In this document: positions 9,035-19,998 of the stretch, in pieces
Layout of the letters: each line of letters begins with the position of its first letter
Position numbering within the stretch: position 1 is the first letter of the stretch
Origin: Armatimonadota bacterium
GTDB taxonomy: Bacteria > Armatimonadota > SYMT01
DNA: 64,000 nucleotides
Assembly (NCBI GenBank): GCA_046292385.1
Contig: JBKBRF010000011.1
Coordinates: 49,896-113,895 of the forward strand
Reading direction: 5' to 3'
The notes under the pieces: generated by a model
What the model was told of the DNA's origin: nothing
Databases searched by the model: none
What the model saw: the letters and a program-made list of their open reading frames with translations, nothing else
Program-made: the position numbers and the translations under genes

Positions 9035-9877
9035 ATGCCCCCCATTCAGATCCTGTTCGGCACCGACGGCTCGGCTGCTGCGGCGGCCGGCATCGACCTC
9101 CTCCGCAGATTGCCGCTGCCGGAGGGCTCCGCGATCCACGTCGTCTCGGCAGTCGACGCCCAGCCGACCACCACGGAGACCGGAAGCTGGTCCCGGTTGG
9201 CGGCGCTGACCGAGCGAGCCCGCGAAGAGGCGGCGGGCTTCGCGAGGGAGGCGGGAGAGCAGTTGGTTCGCCCGGGCGTGAGGGTCACTACCGAGGTGCG
9301 CTCCGGGAAACCGGCCGACGAAGTCTGCCGCGCCGCGGCCGACGCCGGCGCAGACCTGATTGTGATCGGCCCGACGGGCCGTGCCGGCCTGGAGTCGATC
9401 ATCCTCGGCAGCGTCGCCGACTCCATCGTCAAGCGGGCGCAGGCCTCGGTGCTGGTGGCCCGCCCGGTGCGCCACGAGCTCCGGCGCGTGATCGTGGCGA
9501 CGGACGGTTCCGCCAACGCCGAGCGCGCCGTCCGCAAGGTGGGACGCCTGCCGCTCCCCGCGGAGAGCTGCGTCGTGCTTACGCACGTGCTGGAGACGCA
9601 GCGGATCATGACGCACGAGGAGCTGCAGGCTGTCGAGCCGGCCCGGTCGATCCTCGACACGGCGCGCGCCTCGATCGCCGAGTCCGGCCACTCCGTGGAG
9701 ACCCAGGTCCGCTCCGGCGATCCGCGAGAAGAGCTGCTCGACCAGGCGCGGGAGATCGGCGCGGACCTGATCGTCTGCGGCGCGCGAGGGGCCTCTCTGA
9801 TCGAGGGGCTTCTCTGGGGCAGCGTCGCGGATCGCCTGGTGAAGCACGCGCCCTGCTCCGTCCTGGTGGTGAAGTAG
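9035..9877 (+). CDS. universal stress protein with tandem UspA domains
   Basis: Two repeats of the 'ILFGTDGS...A...A' ... 'DLIVIG..GR.G....LGSVA..IV..A...VLVV' pattern. Confidence 0.8.
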   Translation: MPPIQILFGTDGSAAAAAGIDLLRRLPLPEGSAIHVVSAVDAQPTTTETGSWSRLAALTERAREEAAGFAREAGEQLVRPGVRVTTEVRSGKPADEVCRAAADAGADLIVIGPTGRAGLESIILGSVADSIVKRAQASVLVARPVRHELRRVIVATDGSANAERAVRKVGRLPLPAESCVVLTHVLETQRIMTHEELQAVEPARSILDTARASIAESGHSVETQVRSGDPREELLDQAREIGADLIVCGARGASLIEGLLWGSVADRLVKHAPCSVLVVK

Positions 9878-9905
9878 CCGATCTTCCCGGAGGCTACCGA
9901 TCACC

Positions 9906-12215
9906 ATGCGAGCGGATCCGCCGAGCCGAGCCGGTACGTCGTCCGGCGGCGTGTCGCCGCGCTCCGGGCTGAGCCGCACCGGAGCGTTGGCCGGGCTCCT
10001 GATCGGCGCGTCGCTGGCGGCGTTCGGCGCCCTGCTCAGCCAGGCGCCGCGCGTGGCGGCCGGAGAGGTGCTGATCGCGCGCGCTGGCTGGGTGCGGGAG
10101 CTGGGGCTCTCCCTCTCCTTCCGTCTCGACGGGCTGTCGCTCCTGTTCGGGCTGCTGGTGACCGGGATCGGAGCGCTGATCTTCCTTTACGCGGACGGCT
10201 ACTTTCGCACCGATCCGCGCCGGAGCCGCATGCTGGGCCTGCTCGGCCTCTTCGCGGCTTCGATGCTCGGGCTGGTGCTTGCCGAGAACCTCCTCTGCCT
10301 CTTCGTGTTCTGGGAGCTCACCAGCATCAGCTCGTACTTCCTGATCGGGTTCGATCACCGGAAAGAGGAGGCCCGCGGGGCCGCGCTCCAGGCGCTGCTG
10401 CTGACTGCCGGGGGCGGCCTGGCGCTGCTCGCAGGGCTGGTGGTGCTCGGCGGCGCGGCCGGCACCTTCGAAATGACGGAGCTGCTTCAGCGCGGGGACC
10501 AGGTGCTGCAGCATCCGCACAACCTGGCGGCACTGCTCCTGGTCGCCGCCGGCGCGCTCACCAAGTCCGCCCAGTTCCCGTTCCACTTCTGGCTGCCAGC
10601 CGCGATGGCAGCACCCACCCCCGCCAGCGCCTATCTCCACTCCGCCACGATGGTGAAGGCGGGGGTCTACCTGCTGGCGCGCCTTCATCCGGTGCTCAGT
10701 GGGACGCCCGCCTGGGAAGCGCTGCTGGTCGGCGCCGGCGCGGCTACGATGTTGACCGGCGCCGTCCTCGGCTTCACGCAGAGCGACCTGAAGCGGATCC
10801 TCGCCTACTCCACCATCAGCGCTCTCGGGATGCTCGTTTTCCTGCTCGGCATCGGCAGCCCGGTCGCCGTGCAGGCGGCGATGGTGCTCACGCTGGCCCA
10901 CGCGCTCTACAAGGCCGCGCTCTTCATGGTCGCGGGAGCGATCGAGCACGGCACCGGCACGCGGGATGCCGACCGGCTCGGCGGCCTTCGCCGCGCGATG
11001 CCGTACACCGCAGCGGCGGGCGTAATGGCGGCAGTGGGGCTCGCGTCACTCGGTCCCGCGCTCAGCTTCATCGGCAAGGAGCTGCTGCTGGAGGCGGTAC
11101 TGGAAGAAGAGGCCCTGCGGAACCTCTGGGTGGTGCTCGTCACGGTTGTCAGCGGACTGCTCGCCGCCGTCGCGGCGGTAGTGGGGCTGAAGCCGTTCTT
11201 CGGGGCGCCGCGTGAAGCGCTGCGGGATGCCCACGAAGTGCCGGCGGCGCTCTGGCTTGGGCCGATGGCGCTCGCCCTGCTGAGCCTGCTCATCGGGCTC
11301 CGGCCCGGCGCGGCCGCGTCCTATCTGATCGGCCCGGCGGCCGGCGCCGTGCTCGGCCGGGGCGTACCGGTCCAGCTCGCCCTGTGGCACGGCGTGAACC
11401 TGCCGCTCGTCTTGAGCGCCGCCTCGCTCCTGTTGGGCGCGGCGCTCTACTGGCGCCGGGAGTGGCTGCGAGAAAGGTTGGGCGACCCCTCCCGGCGCCG
11501 CTGGAGTCCGGCCCGCCTCTACGAGCGAGCCTGGGCGGGCGTGCTGCGCTTCGCGACGTTCCAGACCCAGGTGCTCCAGACCGGCTACCTGCGAGTCTAC
11601 GTGATGGTGACGGTGGTGTGCGGGCTACTCCTGATCGGCGGTCCGATCGTACTGCTCGGCTTCCCTCCGGCGGGGCGGGTAAGCTGGACCGATCCCCGCG
11701 CCCAGGAAGTGATCCTGGCACTGGTGATGCTGATCGCCGCCGGCGCCACGGCGATTCTCCGCTCCCGGCTGGGGGCGGTCGTCTCGCTGGGGGTGGTCGG
11801 CTACGCGCTGGCGGTGCTCTTCGTGCTCTTCGGCGCGCCCGATCTGGCGATGGCCCAGTTCCTGGTGGAGACGCTCACCGTGGTGCTCTTCGTGCTCGTC
11901 TTCCATCACCTGCCGCCGATCCTCCCGAAATCGCCCGCGGGAGCTCGGGTGCGGGACGCGATGATCGCGCTTGGAGCGGGGCTGGTGATGGCGACGCTGG
12001 TGATCGCCGCGCTGCTGCAGCCGGTCCCCCACGGACCCGCGCAGTTCTACGTGGCCCAGAGCGTGCCGGCGGCGCACGGCCGGAACATCGTGAACGTGAT
12101 CCTGGTCGACTTCCGCGCGCTCGACACGCTCGGTGAGATCACCGTGCTGGCCGTCGCCGGCCTCGGTGTCTACGCGCTCCTGAAGCTGAACCCGGTCCGG
12201 AGGTCCCGCCGATGA
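9906..12215 (+). CDS. mrpA: Na+/H+ antiporter subunit A (MrpA/MnhA, NuoL-like)
   Basis: 769-aa polytopic protein with the proton-pumping NuoL/MrpA core ('[25 protein letters not shown]'). First gene of a seven-gene mrp operon with overlapping ATGA junctions. Confidence 0.85.
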   Translation: MRADPPSRAGTSSGGVSPRSGLSRTGALAGLLIGASLAAFGALLSQAPRVAAGEVLIARAGWVRELGLSLSFRLDGLSLLFGLLVTGIGALIFLYADGYFRTDPRRSRMLGLLGLFAASMLGLVLAENLLCLFVFWELTSISSYFLIGFDHRKEEARGAALQALLLTAGGGLALLAGLVVLGGAAGTFEMTELLQRGDQVLQHPHNLAALLLVAAGALTKSAQFPFHFWLPAAMAAPTPASAYLHSATMVKAGVYLLARLHPVLSGTPAWEALLVGAGAATMLTGAVLGFTQSDLKRILAYSTISALGMLVFLLGIGSPVAVQAAMVLTLAHALYKAALFMVAGAIEHGTGTRDADRLGGLRRAMPYTAAAGVMAAVGLASLGPALSFIGKELLLEAVLEEEALRNLWVVLVTVVSGLLAAVAAVVGLKPFFGAPREALRDAHEVPAALWLGPMALALLSLLIGLRPGAAASYLIGPAAGAVLGRGVPVQLALWHGVNLPLVLSAASLLLGAALYWRREWLRERLGDPSRRRWSPARLYERAWAGVLRFATFQTQVLQTGYLRVYVMVTVVCGLLLIGGPIVLLGFPPAGRVSWTDPRAQEVILALVMLIAAGATAILRSRLGAVVSLGVVGYALAVLFVLFGAPDLAMAQFLVETLTVVLFVLVFHHLPPILPKSPAGARVRDAMIALGAGLVMATLVIAALLQPVPHGPAQFYVAQSVPAAHGRNIVNVILVDFRALDTLGEITVLAVAGLGVYALLKLNPVRRSRR

Positions 12216-12685
12216 GCTCGCTCGTCCTGCGCACGGCGGCCCGCGGGCTGCTGCCGCTGCTCGTGCTCTTCTCGGTCTTCCTGCTGATCCGGGGCCACCA
12301 TGCTCCGGGCGGCGGCTTCTCCGGCGGGCTGGTCGCGGCCGGCGCTCTCACGCTCTACAGCTTCGCCTTCGACTCCCGCTCCGTGCTCATCGCCATCCGG
12401 GTGCATCCGCTCCTGATCGCCGGGGCGGGGCTCACCCTGGCTGGCGCGAGCGGCGCCCTCGGGGCCGTTTTGGGAAGGCCCTACCTCACTGCCGTCTGGG
12501 GCTACCTGCCGCTGCCGGGCGGCGCCGTGGAGCTGGGCACGCCCCTGGTCTTCGACGCGGGGGTTTACCTGGCGGTCATCGGGGCGACTCTCACCATGCT
12601 TCTGGCGCTCCACCAGGAGCAGACCCGGAACGAAGGTCCGCGCTACACGCGCCGGGGAGCGGCGCGCCGTCGAGCAGGAGAATAG
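12212..12685 (+). CDS. mrpB: Na+/H+ antiporter subunit B (MrpB)
   Basis: '[16 protein letters not shown]' is an MnhB-domain motif. Start overlaps the mrpA stop. Confidence 0.7.
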   Translation: MSSLVLRTAARGLLPLLVLFSVFLLIRGHHAPGGGFSGGLVAAGALTLYSFAFDSRSVLIAIRVHPLLIAGAGLTLAGASGALGAVLGRPYLTAVWGYLPLPGGAVELGTPLVFDAGVYLAVIGATLTMLLALHQEQTRNEGPRYTRRGAARRRAGE

Positions 12686-12691
12686 CGGGCG

Positions 12692-13039
12692 ATGGAGATC
12701 GTACTGGCAGTGGTGGTCGGCGGGCTCTACGCGGCCGCGACGTACCTGATCCTGCGCCGCCACATCGTCAAGCTGATCCTGGGCCTGGCGATGCTGGCGC
12801 ACGCGGCCAACCTGCTGATCTTCACCGCCGGCGGTCTGCGGCGTGCGCGGCCGCCGCTCGTGCCGGAGGGTGCTCTCGCCCCCACCGGTCCGGTGGCCGA
12901 TCCGATCCCCCAGGCGCTGATCCTCACCGCCATCGTGATCGGCTTCGCGATCCTCGCGTTCGCGCTCGCCTTGAGCTTCCGGGCTTACCAGGCGGCGGGC
13001 ACCGACGACCTCGACGCGATGCGGGTGACGGAGAAATGA
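12692..13039 (+). CDS. mrpC: Na+/H+ antiporter subunit C (MrpC, NuoK-like)
   Basis: 115-aa protein with three transmembrane segments, NuoK-like. Confidence 0.75.
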   Translation: MEIVLAVVVGGLYAAATYLILRRHIVKLILGLAMLAHAANLLIFTAGGLRRARPPLVPEGALAPTGPVADPIPQALILTAIVIGFAILAFALALSFRAYQAAGTDDLDAMRVTEK

Positions 13040-14532
13040 AGTCGCTGCTCATCCTGCCGCTGGCGATCCCCTTCGCCGGCACCGCCCTGAGCCTGCTGGC
13101 CTGGCACCAGCCGCGCCTGCAGCGGCGCCTGGCCCTGGCCGGCACGCTGCTCCTCCTCGCTAGCGCCTGCGCGCTGCTGGCGGCGGTGCGCGCGGGTGGG
13201 ATCCTGGTGCTCCAGATCGGCGACTGGCCCGCGCCGCACGGGATCACCCTGGTGGCCGACCTCTTCAGCGCGATCATGGTGCTGATGGCGGCGGTCGTGG
13301 GGCTCAGCGTCACGGTCTACTCCGTGCCCTCCATCGGCCGGCGGCGCGAGGCGTTCGGCTATTACGCGCTCCTGCAGGTGCTGCTGCTCGGCGTCTGCGG
13401 AGCGTTCCTGGCGGGCGACCTCTTCAACCTCTACGTCTGGTTCGAGGTGATGCTGATCGCCTCGTTCGTCCTGATCTCGCTCGGCGGTGAGCGAAACCAG
13501 ATCGAAGGAGCGCTGAAGTACCTCACGCTGAACCTGCTCTCCTCGGCCTTCTTCCTTTCGGCGGTCGGCATTCTCTACGGGGCCACCGGCACGCTGAACC
13601 TGGCCGACCTGGCACAGAAGCTGAACGCGGGAGTGAGCCCGGGTCTCCGGGCCACCCTGGCAATGCTCTTCCTGGTCGCCTTCGGCATCAAGGCCGCGGC
13701 GTTCCCGTTCTTCTTCTGGCTGCCCGCCTCGTACCACACGCCGCCGGTGGCGGTGACGGTGCTCTTCTCGGGCCTCCTCACCAAGGTGGGCGTCTACTCG
13801 ATCTTCCGGATCTTCACGCTCGTGTTCGTGAACGAAGGGGACTACCTGCGGATCCTGCTCCTGGTGATGGCCGGGCTGACGATGGTGACCGGAGTTTTGG
13901 GGGCAGTGGCGCAGTACGAGTTCCGCCGCCTGCTCGCGTTCCACATCGTGAGCCAGATCGGCTACATGCTGATGGCCGTCGGGCTTTTCAGCCCGCTCGC
14001 GCTGGGCGGCGGCGTCTACTTTATCGTGCACGTCATCCTGGCCAAGTCGGCGCTCTTCTTCGTCAGCGGCGTGAGCTATCACGTGCGCGGCACCTCCGAC
14101 CTGAAGAAGCTGGGCGGCCTCTACACCAGCCATCCGGCGCTCAGTCTCGCGTTCCTGCTGCCGGCCTTCTCCCTGGCCGGCGTCCCCCCGCTCTCCGGTT
14201 TCTTCGGCAAGCTCACCCTGATCCGGGCGGCGCTGGAGCTGGGCCAGGGATGGATCGTCGCGGTCGCGCTCGGCGTGAGCATCCTCACCTTCTACTCCAT
14301 GCTGAAGATCTGGAACGAGGCGTTCCTGAAGCCGGACCCGCATCCGGATTCACCCGCCGTCGGTCGCAACCGGACGCCGGCGCTGCTGTTCGGCCCCACG
14401 GCGGCCCTGGTCCTCGGCTCGCTGGCGCTCGGTCTCTCGGCCCCGCCGGCGGTGACCCTCGCGCTGGAGGCGGGGGCGCAGCTCCGGCAGCCGCAGACCT
14501 ACGTGCGCGCGGTGTTAGGGAGAGAGCGCTGA
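13036..14532 (+). CDS. mrpD: Na+/H+ antiporter subunit D (MrpD, NuoN/M-like)
   Basis: '[34 protein letters not shown]' is a proton-pumping antiporter motif. Confidence 0.85.
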   Translation: MKSLLILPLAIPFAGTALSLLAWHQPRLQRRLALAGTLLLLASACALLAAVRAGGILVLQIGDWPAPHGITLVADLFSAIMVLMAAVVGLSVTVYSVPSIGRRREAFGYYALLQVLLLGVCGAFLAGDLFNLYVWFEVMLIASFVLISLGGERNQIEGALKYLTLNLLSSAFFLSAVGILYGATGTLNLADLAQKLNAGVSPGLRATLAMLFLVAFGIKAAAFPFFFWLPASYHTPPVAVTVLFSGLLTKVGVYSIFRIFTLVFVNEGDYLRILLLVMAGLTMVTGVLGAVAQYEFRRLLAFHIVSQIGYMLMAVGLFSPLALGGGVYFIVHVILAKSALFFVSGVSYHVRGTSDLKKLGGLYTSHPALSLAFLLPAFSLAGVPPLSGFFGKLTLIRAALELGQGWIVAVALGVSILTFYSMLKIWNEAFLKPDPHPDSPAVGRNRTPALLFGPTAALVLGSLALGLSAPPAVTLALEAGAQLRQPQTYVRAVLGRER

Positions 14533-14999
14533 TGTTCGCCTGGAATCTACTGCTCGCCATCGCCTGGGTGGTCCTGCTCGGCGAAGCGACCCTCCGTTCC
14601 TTCGCCAGCGGCTTCATCCTCGGGTACCTGCTGCTGTGGCTCCTGCCGCACGCCCGCGGCGGATCAGCCTACTTCCGGCGGGTAATCACGTTCATTCGCT
14701 TTGCCGGGTTCTACGTCTGGAAGCTGGTGCTGGCGAACCTGCGGGTAGCCTACGACGTGATTACCCCCCACTACTTCATGCGGCCGGGAATCGTGGCGAT
14801 CCCGCTCTCCGCCTCCACCGACCTGGAGATCACGGTGCTGGCGGCCGTGATCGGGCTCACCCCGGGCACGGTAGCGCTCGACGTTTCCCGGGACCGGCGG
14901 ATTCTCTACCTGCACGCGATGTATATCGACGACCCGGACGAGCTGCGCCGGGAGGTGAAGCACGATTACGAGCGCCGCGTTATGGAGCTGCTCCGATGA
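14532..14999 (+). CDS. mrpE: Na+/H+ antiporter subunit E (MrpE)
   Basis: Internal start '[18 protein letters not shown]...' inside the 14250 ORF. Its position in the operon and its MnhE-like hydrophobic N-terminus support the call. Confidence 0.65.
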   Translation: MFAWNLLLAIAWVVLLGEATLRSFASGFILGYLLLWLLPHARGGSAYFRRVITFIRFAGFYVWKLVLANLRVAYDVITPHYFMRPGIVAIPLSASTDLEITVLAAVIGLTPGTVALDVSRDRRILYLHAMYIDDPDELRREVKHDYERRVMELLR

Positions 15000-15280
15000 T
15001 CCCGATCGAGACTCTCGTACCGAAGACCGCCGAGATCGTGCTGCTGGTGCTGGCGGTGGCCATCGCCCTGACCTTCTTCCGCCTGCTGCGCGGTCCCACC
15101 CTGGCCGACCGGGTGGTGGCGCTGGAGCTGCTGACCGCCATCGCGGTGGCGATCATCGCCGTCTACTCGATGGAGTACCGGCAGCCGCTGCTGCTCGACG
15201 TGGCGATCGTGCTCGCGCTCATCTCGTTCCTGGGGACCGTCGGCTTCTCCCACTACCTGGTAAGGGTGCAGCGGCGATGA
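14996..15280 (+). CDS. mrpF: Na+/H+ antiporter subunit F (MrpF)
   Basis: Internal start 'MIPIETLVPKTAEIVLLVLAVAIALTFFRLL'. ATGA overlap with mrpE. Confidence 0.65.
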   Translation: MIPIETLVPKTAEIVLLVLAVAIALTFFRLLRGPTLADRVVALELLTAIAVAIIAVYSMEYRQPLLLDVAIVLALISFLGTVGFSHYLVRVQRR

Positions 15281-15660
15281 AGGAGTGGATCTGCAGCGCG
15301 CTCATGATCTCCGGCGCCACCTTCATGCTGCTGGCCGCCGTGGGACTGGTGCGTCTACCGGACGTGCTCACCCGCATGCACGCCTCGACCAAGGCGTCCG
15401 CCCTGGGGGCCGGGTGTCCCCTGCTCGCGATGGCGATCTACTTCGACAACCTGGAGATCTCCGCGCGCTGCTTCGCCACCATCCTCTTCTACTGCATCAC
15501 GGCGCCGGTGGCGGCGCACGCCATCGCCCGCGCGGCCATCATCAGCGGCACGGAGCTGTGGGAGGGAACGGTGATGAACGAGCTGGAGGGCGTTTACGAC
15601 CTCTCCACCGGGGAGGATGCCTCTCCGGCGGCGCCGCAGCCGGCGATCGGCGCGGAGTAG
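15277..15660 (+). CDS. mrpG: Na+/H+ antiporter subunit G (MrpG)
   Basis: 'MKEWICSALMISGATFMLLAAVGLVRLPDVLTRMHASTKASALGAG' is MnhG-like. Confidence 0.75.
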   Translation: MKEWICSALMISGATFMLLAAVGLVRLPDVLTRMHASTKASALGAGCPLLAMAIYFDNLEISARCFATILFYCITAPVAAHAIARAAIISGTELWEGTVMNELEGVYDLSTGEDASPAAPQPAIGAE

Positions 15661-15786
15661 CCGTTCTCTCCCGGTGACCGGGATCCGCGCGGCCTCTACC
15701 ACCGGTCCTACACGCGCCCCGGCGGATACCATGGGAGAGTCGCCGGCGACGCCGCCGGCCCCGACCTCGTCCCCAGGAACCGTCGT

Positions 15787-16530
15787 GTGAGCGCTCCCGA
15801 GATCCCGTCGATCGACCTGCTCGGCCTGAAGATCAGTCGTGTCAACCGCGCGGAGGCCCGCGAGGCGCTGCTCCGCTTCATCCAGAGCGGCGAGCCGCAC
15901 CTGGTGGTGACGGCGGACGCCTCCATGCACGTCATCGCCTCCGGCGACCGCGAGCTCCTCCAGCTCGTGAACGAGGCCGACCTGGTGACGCCGGACAGCA
16001 CGGGAGTGCTCTGGGCGGCGCGGAAGCTGGGAACGCCGCTGGAGGAGCGGGTCTCCGGGGTGGAGCTCGCGGAGATGCTCTGCGCCGAGAGTGCGCAGCG
16101 GGGCTTCAGCCTCTACTTCTTCGGTGCCGCGCCCGGCGTGGCGGAAGACGCCGCGGAGGTGATGCGCCGCCGCTACCCCGGCTGCCGGATCGTCGGCACC
16201 GCCCACGGCTTCCTCAGCTCCCCGGAAGAGCAGCGCGCGCTGTTGGATGACATCCGCGAGAAGCGGCCGGCGGTGCTGCTGGTCGCCATGGGCATTCCGC
16301 GCCAGGAGAAATGGATCCGCCAACACATGGACGAGCTGCGGGTGCCCGTGAACATGGGCGTGGGTGGAACGTTCGACGTCTTCAGCGGCCGAGTCGACCG
16401 CGCGCCGCTCTGGATGCAGCGCAACGGGCTGGAGTGGCTCTACCGGCTGCTCCGCAACCCCAGCAAGTACTCCAAGGTCGCCACCCTCCCGGTCTTCATG
16501 CTCCGCGTCCTCCGCCGCCAGCGGCTCTGA
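15787..16530 (+). CDS. WecB/TagA/CpsF family glycosyltransferase
   Basis: 'LYFFGAAPGVAEDAAEVMRRRYPGCRIVG..HGF' ... 'VLLVAMGIPRQEKWI' fit this family. GTG start. Confidence 0.8.
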   Translation: MSAPEIPSIDLLGLKISRVNRAEAREALLRFIQSGEPHLVVTADASMHVIASGDRELLQLVNEADLVTPDSTGVLWAARKLGTPLEERVSGVELAEMLCAESAQRGFSLYFFGAAPGVAEDAAEVMRRRYPGCRIVGTAHGFLSSPEEQRALLDDIREKRPAVLLVAMGIPRQEKWIRQHMDELRVPVNMGVGGTFDVFSGRVDRAPLWMQRNGLEWLYRLLRNPSKYSKVATLPVFMLRVLRRQRL

Positions 16531-16537
16531 CCCTGGC

Positions 16538-16954
16538 TCACGCGGCACGGCGGCCTGACGAGCCTTCGGCGCGGTGTTGTCCTCCGCCCGCTTCGCTCGC
16601 TTCCTGTCGCTCGTCCTGCATCTCCCTCCGCAGGAAGAAGTTGAGTCCCGTCCGGATCACCGCGATGGCGCCGAGCTTGCCGATGTCGTCCCAGGTAGGA
16701 GCGAGAGCGGTGCGAATGATGTCCGCCGCCAGCAGGAACTCCAGCGCCATCGCCAGCCACCGGGCCAGGTGGAGGCGCACGTCGACCCACGGATGCTCGT
16801 CATCACCGCGGGTGAGCGCCGACCGTCCGATCGACCAGACCGCCTGACCCACGGCGAAGGTAATCAACACCACCGCGACCGCTTCCGCGATCAGGCCCAC
16901 GTAGCTGACCACCCAGGCGAGAACCCCTTCCCCCCAGAGCTCCTTCTCTCTCAT
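16538..16954 (-). CDS. DUF1622-like small membrane protein
   Basis: Sub-ORF 'MREKELWGEGVLAWVVSYVGLIAEAVAVVLITFAVGQAVW...' inside a spurious 415-aa ORF. Confidence 0.45.
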   Translation of the reverse strand: MREKELWGEGVLAWVVSYVGLIAEAVAVVLITFAVGQAVWSIGRSALTRGDDEHPWVDVRLHLARWLAMALEFLLAADIIRTALAPTWDDIGKLGAIAVIRTGLNFFLRREMQDERQEASEAGGGQHRAEGSSGRRAA

Positions 16955-17087
16955 CTCCACCTCCCCTCTGGTAGTCGCGACTTCTCCCCCATCCCAAACG
17001 CGCGAGGTGTCCGGACCGGCGGTGTGGAACGGCCAGGGGGCCGCGCACGTAGCAACCAGTGCGTCACCGCCATTCGAAAGGACCGAC

Positions 17088-18080
17088 ATGCCCTTCCGTG
17101 CTCGAATCGCCGTCTGGATGCTTGCCCTCGCCACCTGGCCAGTGAATGGTGCTCTCGCCGATACCACCGGCGAGCAGCTCGCCGCGCCGCCGGCGGCACA
17201 GGCACAGCCGGAGACCGAAAGCGTTCTCTTCCCCGAGACGGGGGTGCGCCTGGAGCGGCCGGAGGGCTTCGAGAAGGCGAAGCAGTGGAGCGGCTTCGGC
17301 CAGCCGGCCACCCGCAGCGCGGTGATGATCACCCGGATCCCCGGCCCGTTTGCGGAGGTGACCGCCGGCTTCACGGCGGAGCGGCTGGCGCAGCAGGGGA
17401 TCCGCCTCGCCAGCAAGGCGGAGCGGAAGGTCGGCGACCTGCCCGGAGTGCTGCTGGAGCTCAGCCAGCGGGCGGGGGGCGAGGAGTTTTCGCGGTGGGT
17501 GCTGATGTTCGGGGACGAGCAGAAGACGCTGATCGTGAGCGCGTCGTTCCCGGTAGCCCAGGCGGAAAAGCTCTCCGCGCCGCTGAAGGCGTCGGTGCTC
17601 AGCGCCAAGCTGGAGGGCGAGCCGACTGCCGACGGCGCGGCGTTTACGCTCTCGCCCGCTCCCGGGCTCAAGCCGGTGCCGGGCCTCGGCACCACGCTCC
17701 TCTTCAACCGCACCGGAACCCTGCAGGCCGCGGCACCGACCGATCCGCTCTTCGTGGCGGCAGAGTCGCTCGGCAAAGTGAGCATCGACGACCGCCGCGC
17801 CTATGCGGTCGCCCGGCTGGAACAGACGGCGCAAACCGATAAGCTCAAGATCCGGTCGACGAAGCCGATCCAGATCGAGGGGATGGACGGCTTCGAATCG
17901 GTAGCCGAGGCGAAGGACCCGAAGTCCGGAGCGTCAGTCTTCCTCTACCAGGTGATGCTCTTCCGCGACGGCGGTTACCTGCTGATGCAGGGGATCGCCG
18001 GCACGAAGCATCGCAAGGAGCTGCTGCCGCAGTTCCAGGAAATGGCGCGCAGCCTGAAGCTCAAGCCCGAGCCCCGGTAG
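17088..18080 (+). CDS. hypothetical secreted protein
   Basis: Signal peptide 'MPFRARIAVWMLALATWPVNGALA'. No family recognised. Confidence 0.45.
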   Translation: MPFRARIAVWMLALATWPVNGALADTTGEQLAAPPAAQAQPETESVLFPETGVRLERPEGFEKAKQWSGFGQPATRSAVMITRIPGPFAEVTAGFTAERLAQQGIRLASKAERKVGDLPGVLLELSQRAGGEEFSRWVLMFGDEQKTLIVSASFPVAQAEKLSAPLKASVLSAKLEGEPTADGAAFTLSPAPGLKPVPGLGTTLLFNRTGTLQAAAPTDPLFVAAESLGKVSIDDRRAYAVARLEQTAQTDKLKIRSTKPIQIEGMDGFESVAEAKDPKSGASVFLYQVMLFRDGGYLLMQGIAGTKHRKELLPQFQEMARSLKLKPEPR

Positions 18081-18221
18081 CCGACTCCCGGTGTCTCCCC
18101 CCACCCGGCCCCCCGGGACCCTCCGTCAGACGGGGATTGATAAGCGGATCTGGGGAGAGTGGGAGAAAGCGCCTACCCGAGCGTTGCTCTTTTGGCCGAA
18201 GCAGCGGCGGCCCGCCGAGCT

Positions 18222-18327
18222 TTCGAGAAAGAGAAGGAGAACGAGAAGGAGTAGGAGGGCCCGTCCCGGGAGGTTCGGATTCATCCCTCATCCCTCATCG
18301 TTCATCCTTCTGCCTCCCCCACTCCCA
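18222..18327. repeat. repeat family D copy 1 (GA-rich block 'gagaaggagaacgagaaggagtaggag', then a 'ggttcgga' core, then a CT-rich block)
   Basis: Shares about 24 of 26 nt with 49124-49216 plus the same GGTTCGGA core. Sits between two convergent stop codons. Confidence 0.55.
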
Positions 18328-18328
18328 A

Positions 18329-19621
18329 TTACGCCGCGACCTCCACGGGCCGGCGACCGACCAACAGGTAGGCGTCCATCTCGCCGCGGCCCTTGATCTG
18401 CAGTCCGGGACGATGCTCGAACTGATAGCGCTCGCCCAGGCGGCGGCGAGTCTCCGCGGAGACCTGGATGCCGCCGGTGACGCCGTGCGTCTCCATCCGG
18501 CTCGCCATGTTCACCGTATCGCCCCAGAGATCGTAGATGAACTTCTTCCGGCCGATCACCCCCGCCACCACCGGACCGGAGTTGAGACCGATGCGGATGC
18601 TGAGCGGCACTCCCTTCTCCGCGGAGACCCGCTCCACCGCGGCGAGCATGTCGAGCGCCATCTCCGCCGCCGCTTCCGCGTGGTTGGGCTGCGGCTGGGG
18701 CAGGCCCGCGACCGCCATGTAGGCGTCGCCGATCGTCTTGATCTTCTCCATGCCGTGCTGCTCCGCCAGCTCGTCGAATTCGGAGAAGATCCGGTTGAGG
18801 AGGTCGACCACTTCGACCGGACCTCGCCTCGCCGCCAGGTGAGAGAAGTCGACCAGGTCCGCGAACAGCACCGTCACCTCCGCATACTGCTCCGCGATCG
18901 TGCCGGGCGTGGTCTTGAGCCGCGCCGCGATGTCGCGGGGGAGGATGTTCAACAGCAGCTCTTCCGCCTTCTCCCGCTCCTGTTCCAGCAGTCTCCGCAG
19001 CAGGAAGTCCCGGCGGGCGCTCCGCTCCTGGAAGATCCCCGCTACGACGCCGAAAAGCAGCGCGACGAGCAGCGCGGGGTAGTACTGGTCGACGTCGGTG
19101 AACGGGAACGGGTTGGCGTCGTGCAGCGCGGCCTGCACCAGGTAAAGCCCGGTGACGCTGACGGTGACGCCGGTGGCCCAGATCACCCGCAGCCGCGAGA
19201 GCGCCGCGATGCCGAGGACGAGGTGGAACATCGCGAGAGCCGCGGTGGCCACGGGAATCGCGCGCATGTTCAGGACGTAGAGAACCCCGAAGCTCAGGCA
19301 GAGCCCCGCCATCAGGGGCTGCATCCGCCGCCGGTAGATCGGCAGGAAGGTGGCGCCGAGGCCCAGGAGCAGGACCGGCACCATCCCGCCGAACCGGAAG
19401 AAGAGGTCGCTCTGATTCCCCGCGAGGGCCGGGGGAATCCCCATCAGCGACACCACCAGCGCGCTCACGCAGAGCGCGAACCGCACGTATCCCAGGGAAT
19501 CGGCGGCGTACTGGCGGTCGAACTCCACCTCCAGCTCCCGGGGAAAGCGGAGCTGCCGGAGCTGATGTCCCTGCTCGGGATCGAGCGCGGCCTCTCCAGG
19601 TAGGAGCTCGGGAGACCTCAT
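18329..19621 (-). CDS. membrane-anchored class III adenylate/guanylate cyclase
   Basis: N-terminal polytopic domain, then 'VTVLFADLVDFS' ... 'KIKTIGDAYMAVAGLP' ... 'IRIGLNSGPVVAGVIG', which are CHD cyclase motifs. Confidence 0.8.
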   Translation of the reverse strand: MRSPELLPGEAALDPEQGHQLRQLRFPRELEVEFDRQYAADSLGYVRFALCVSALVVSLMGIPPALAGNQSDLFFRFGGMVPVLLLGLGATFLPIYRRRMQPLMAGLCLSFGVLYVLNMRAIPVATAALAMFHLVLGIAALSRLRVIWATGVTVSVTGLYLVQAALHDANPFPFTDVDQYYPALLVALLFGVVAGIFQERSARRDFLLRRLLEQEREKAEELLLNILPRDIAARLKTTPGTIAEQYAEVTVLFADLVDFSHLAARRGPVEVVDLLNRIFSEFDELAEQHGMEKIKTIGDAYMAVAGLPQPQPNHAEAAAEMALDMLAAVERVSAEKGVPLSIRIGLNSGPVVAGVIGRKKFIYDLWGDTVNMASRMETHGVTGGIQVSAETRRRLGERYQFEHRPGLQIKGRGEMDAYLLVGRRPVEVAA

Positions 19622-19693
19622 CGGAGTGTACTGGGGCTGGCGAAGGTGCGGCGCCGAAGCCGTGCATCCGGAGGACAGTTCGCCGGGACCAGA

Positions 19694-19727
19694 CAGAACG
19701 CCCTCCGCCGGAGCGGAGGGCGTTCTG
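19694..19727. terminator. 15-bp perfect stem-loop (cagaacgccctccgc-cgga-gcggagggcgttctg) directly downstream of secG
   Basis: Perfect inverted repeat 23 nt after the secG stop. There is no strong U-tract. Confidence 0.5.
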
Positions 19728-19749
19728 AAATCAGCGGAGCCAGGTCACG

Positions 19750-19998
19750 TTAGACCCAGTGGAACTTCATCGCCAGGATGTAGAGGATGGCGCTCAGGAC
19801 CATGAAGGCCACCGCGACGTACTTGGTGTAGGTCTGGAGCTGCTCGTCCATGCCGGCCCGGCCGCGGCTGGGGCTGCTGGAGCTGCCGCCGACCACCCCG
19901 AGACCTTCCGCGCGGGAGGTCTGGCTCACCACCAGTATGATCAGCAGCACGCTCACCGCGAAGTGGGCGAGATACATGATGATCTTGAGCACGTCCAT
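19750..19998 (-). CDS. secG: preprotein translocase subunit SecG
   Basis: 82 aa with two transmembrane segments. 'LLIILVVSQTSRAEGLGVVGGSS' is SecG-like. Confidence 0.65.
   Translation of the reverse strand: MDVLKIIMYLAHFAVSVLLIILVVSQTSRAEGLGVVGGSSSSPSRGRAGMDEQLQTYTKYVAVAFMVLSAILYILAMKFHWV

Noticed and set aside
16574-17842. Long overlapping ORFs on both strands (415 and 422 aa)
   Set aside because: Only the sub-ORFs 16538-16954 (minus) and 17088-18080 (plus) have signal, TM or family features. The remainder is Arg/Pro/Gly-rich filler.
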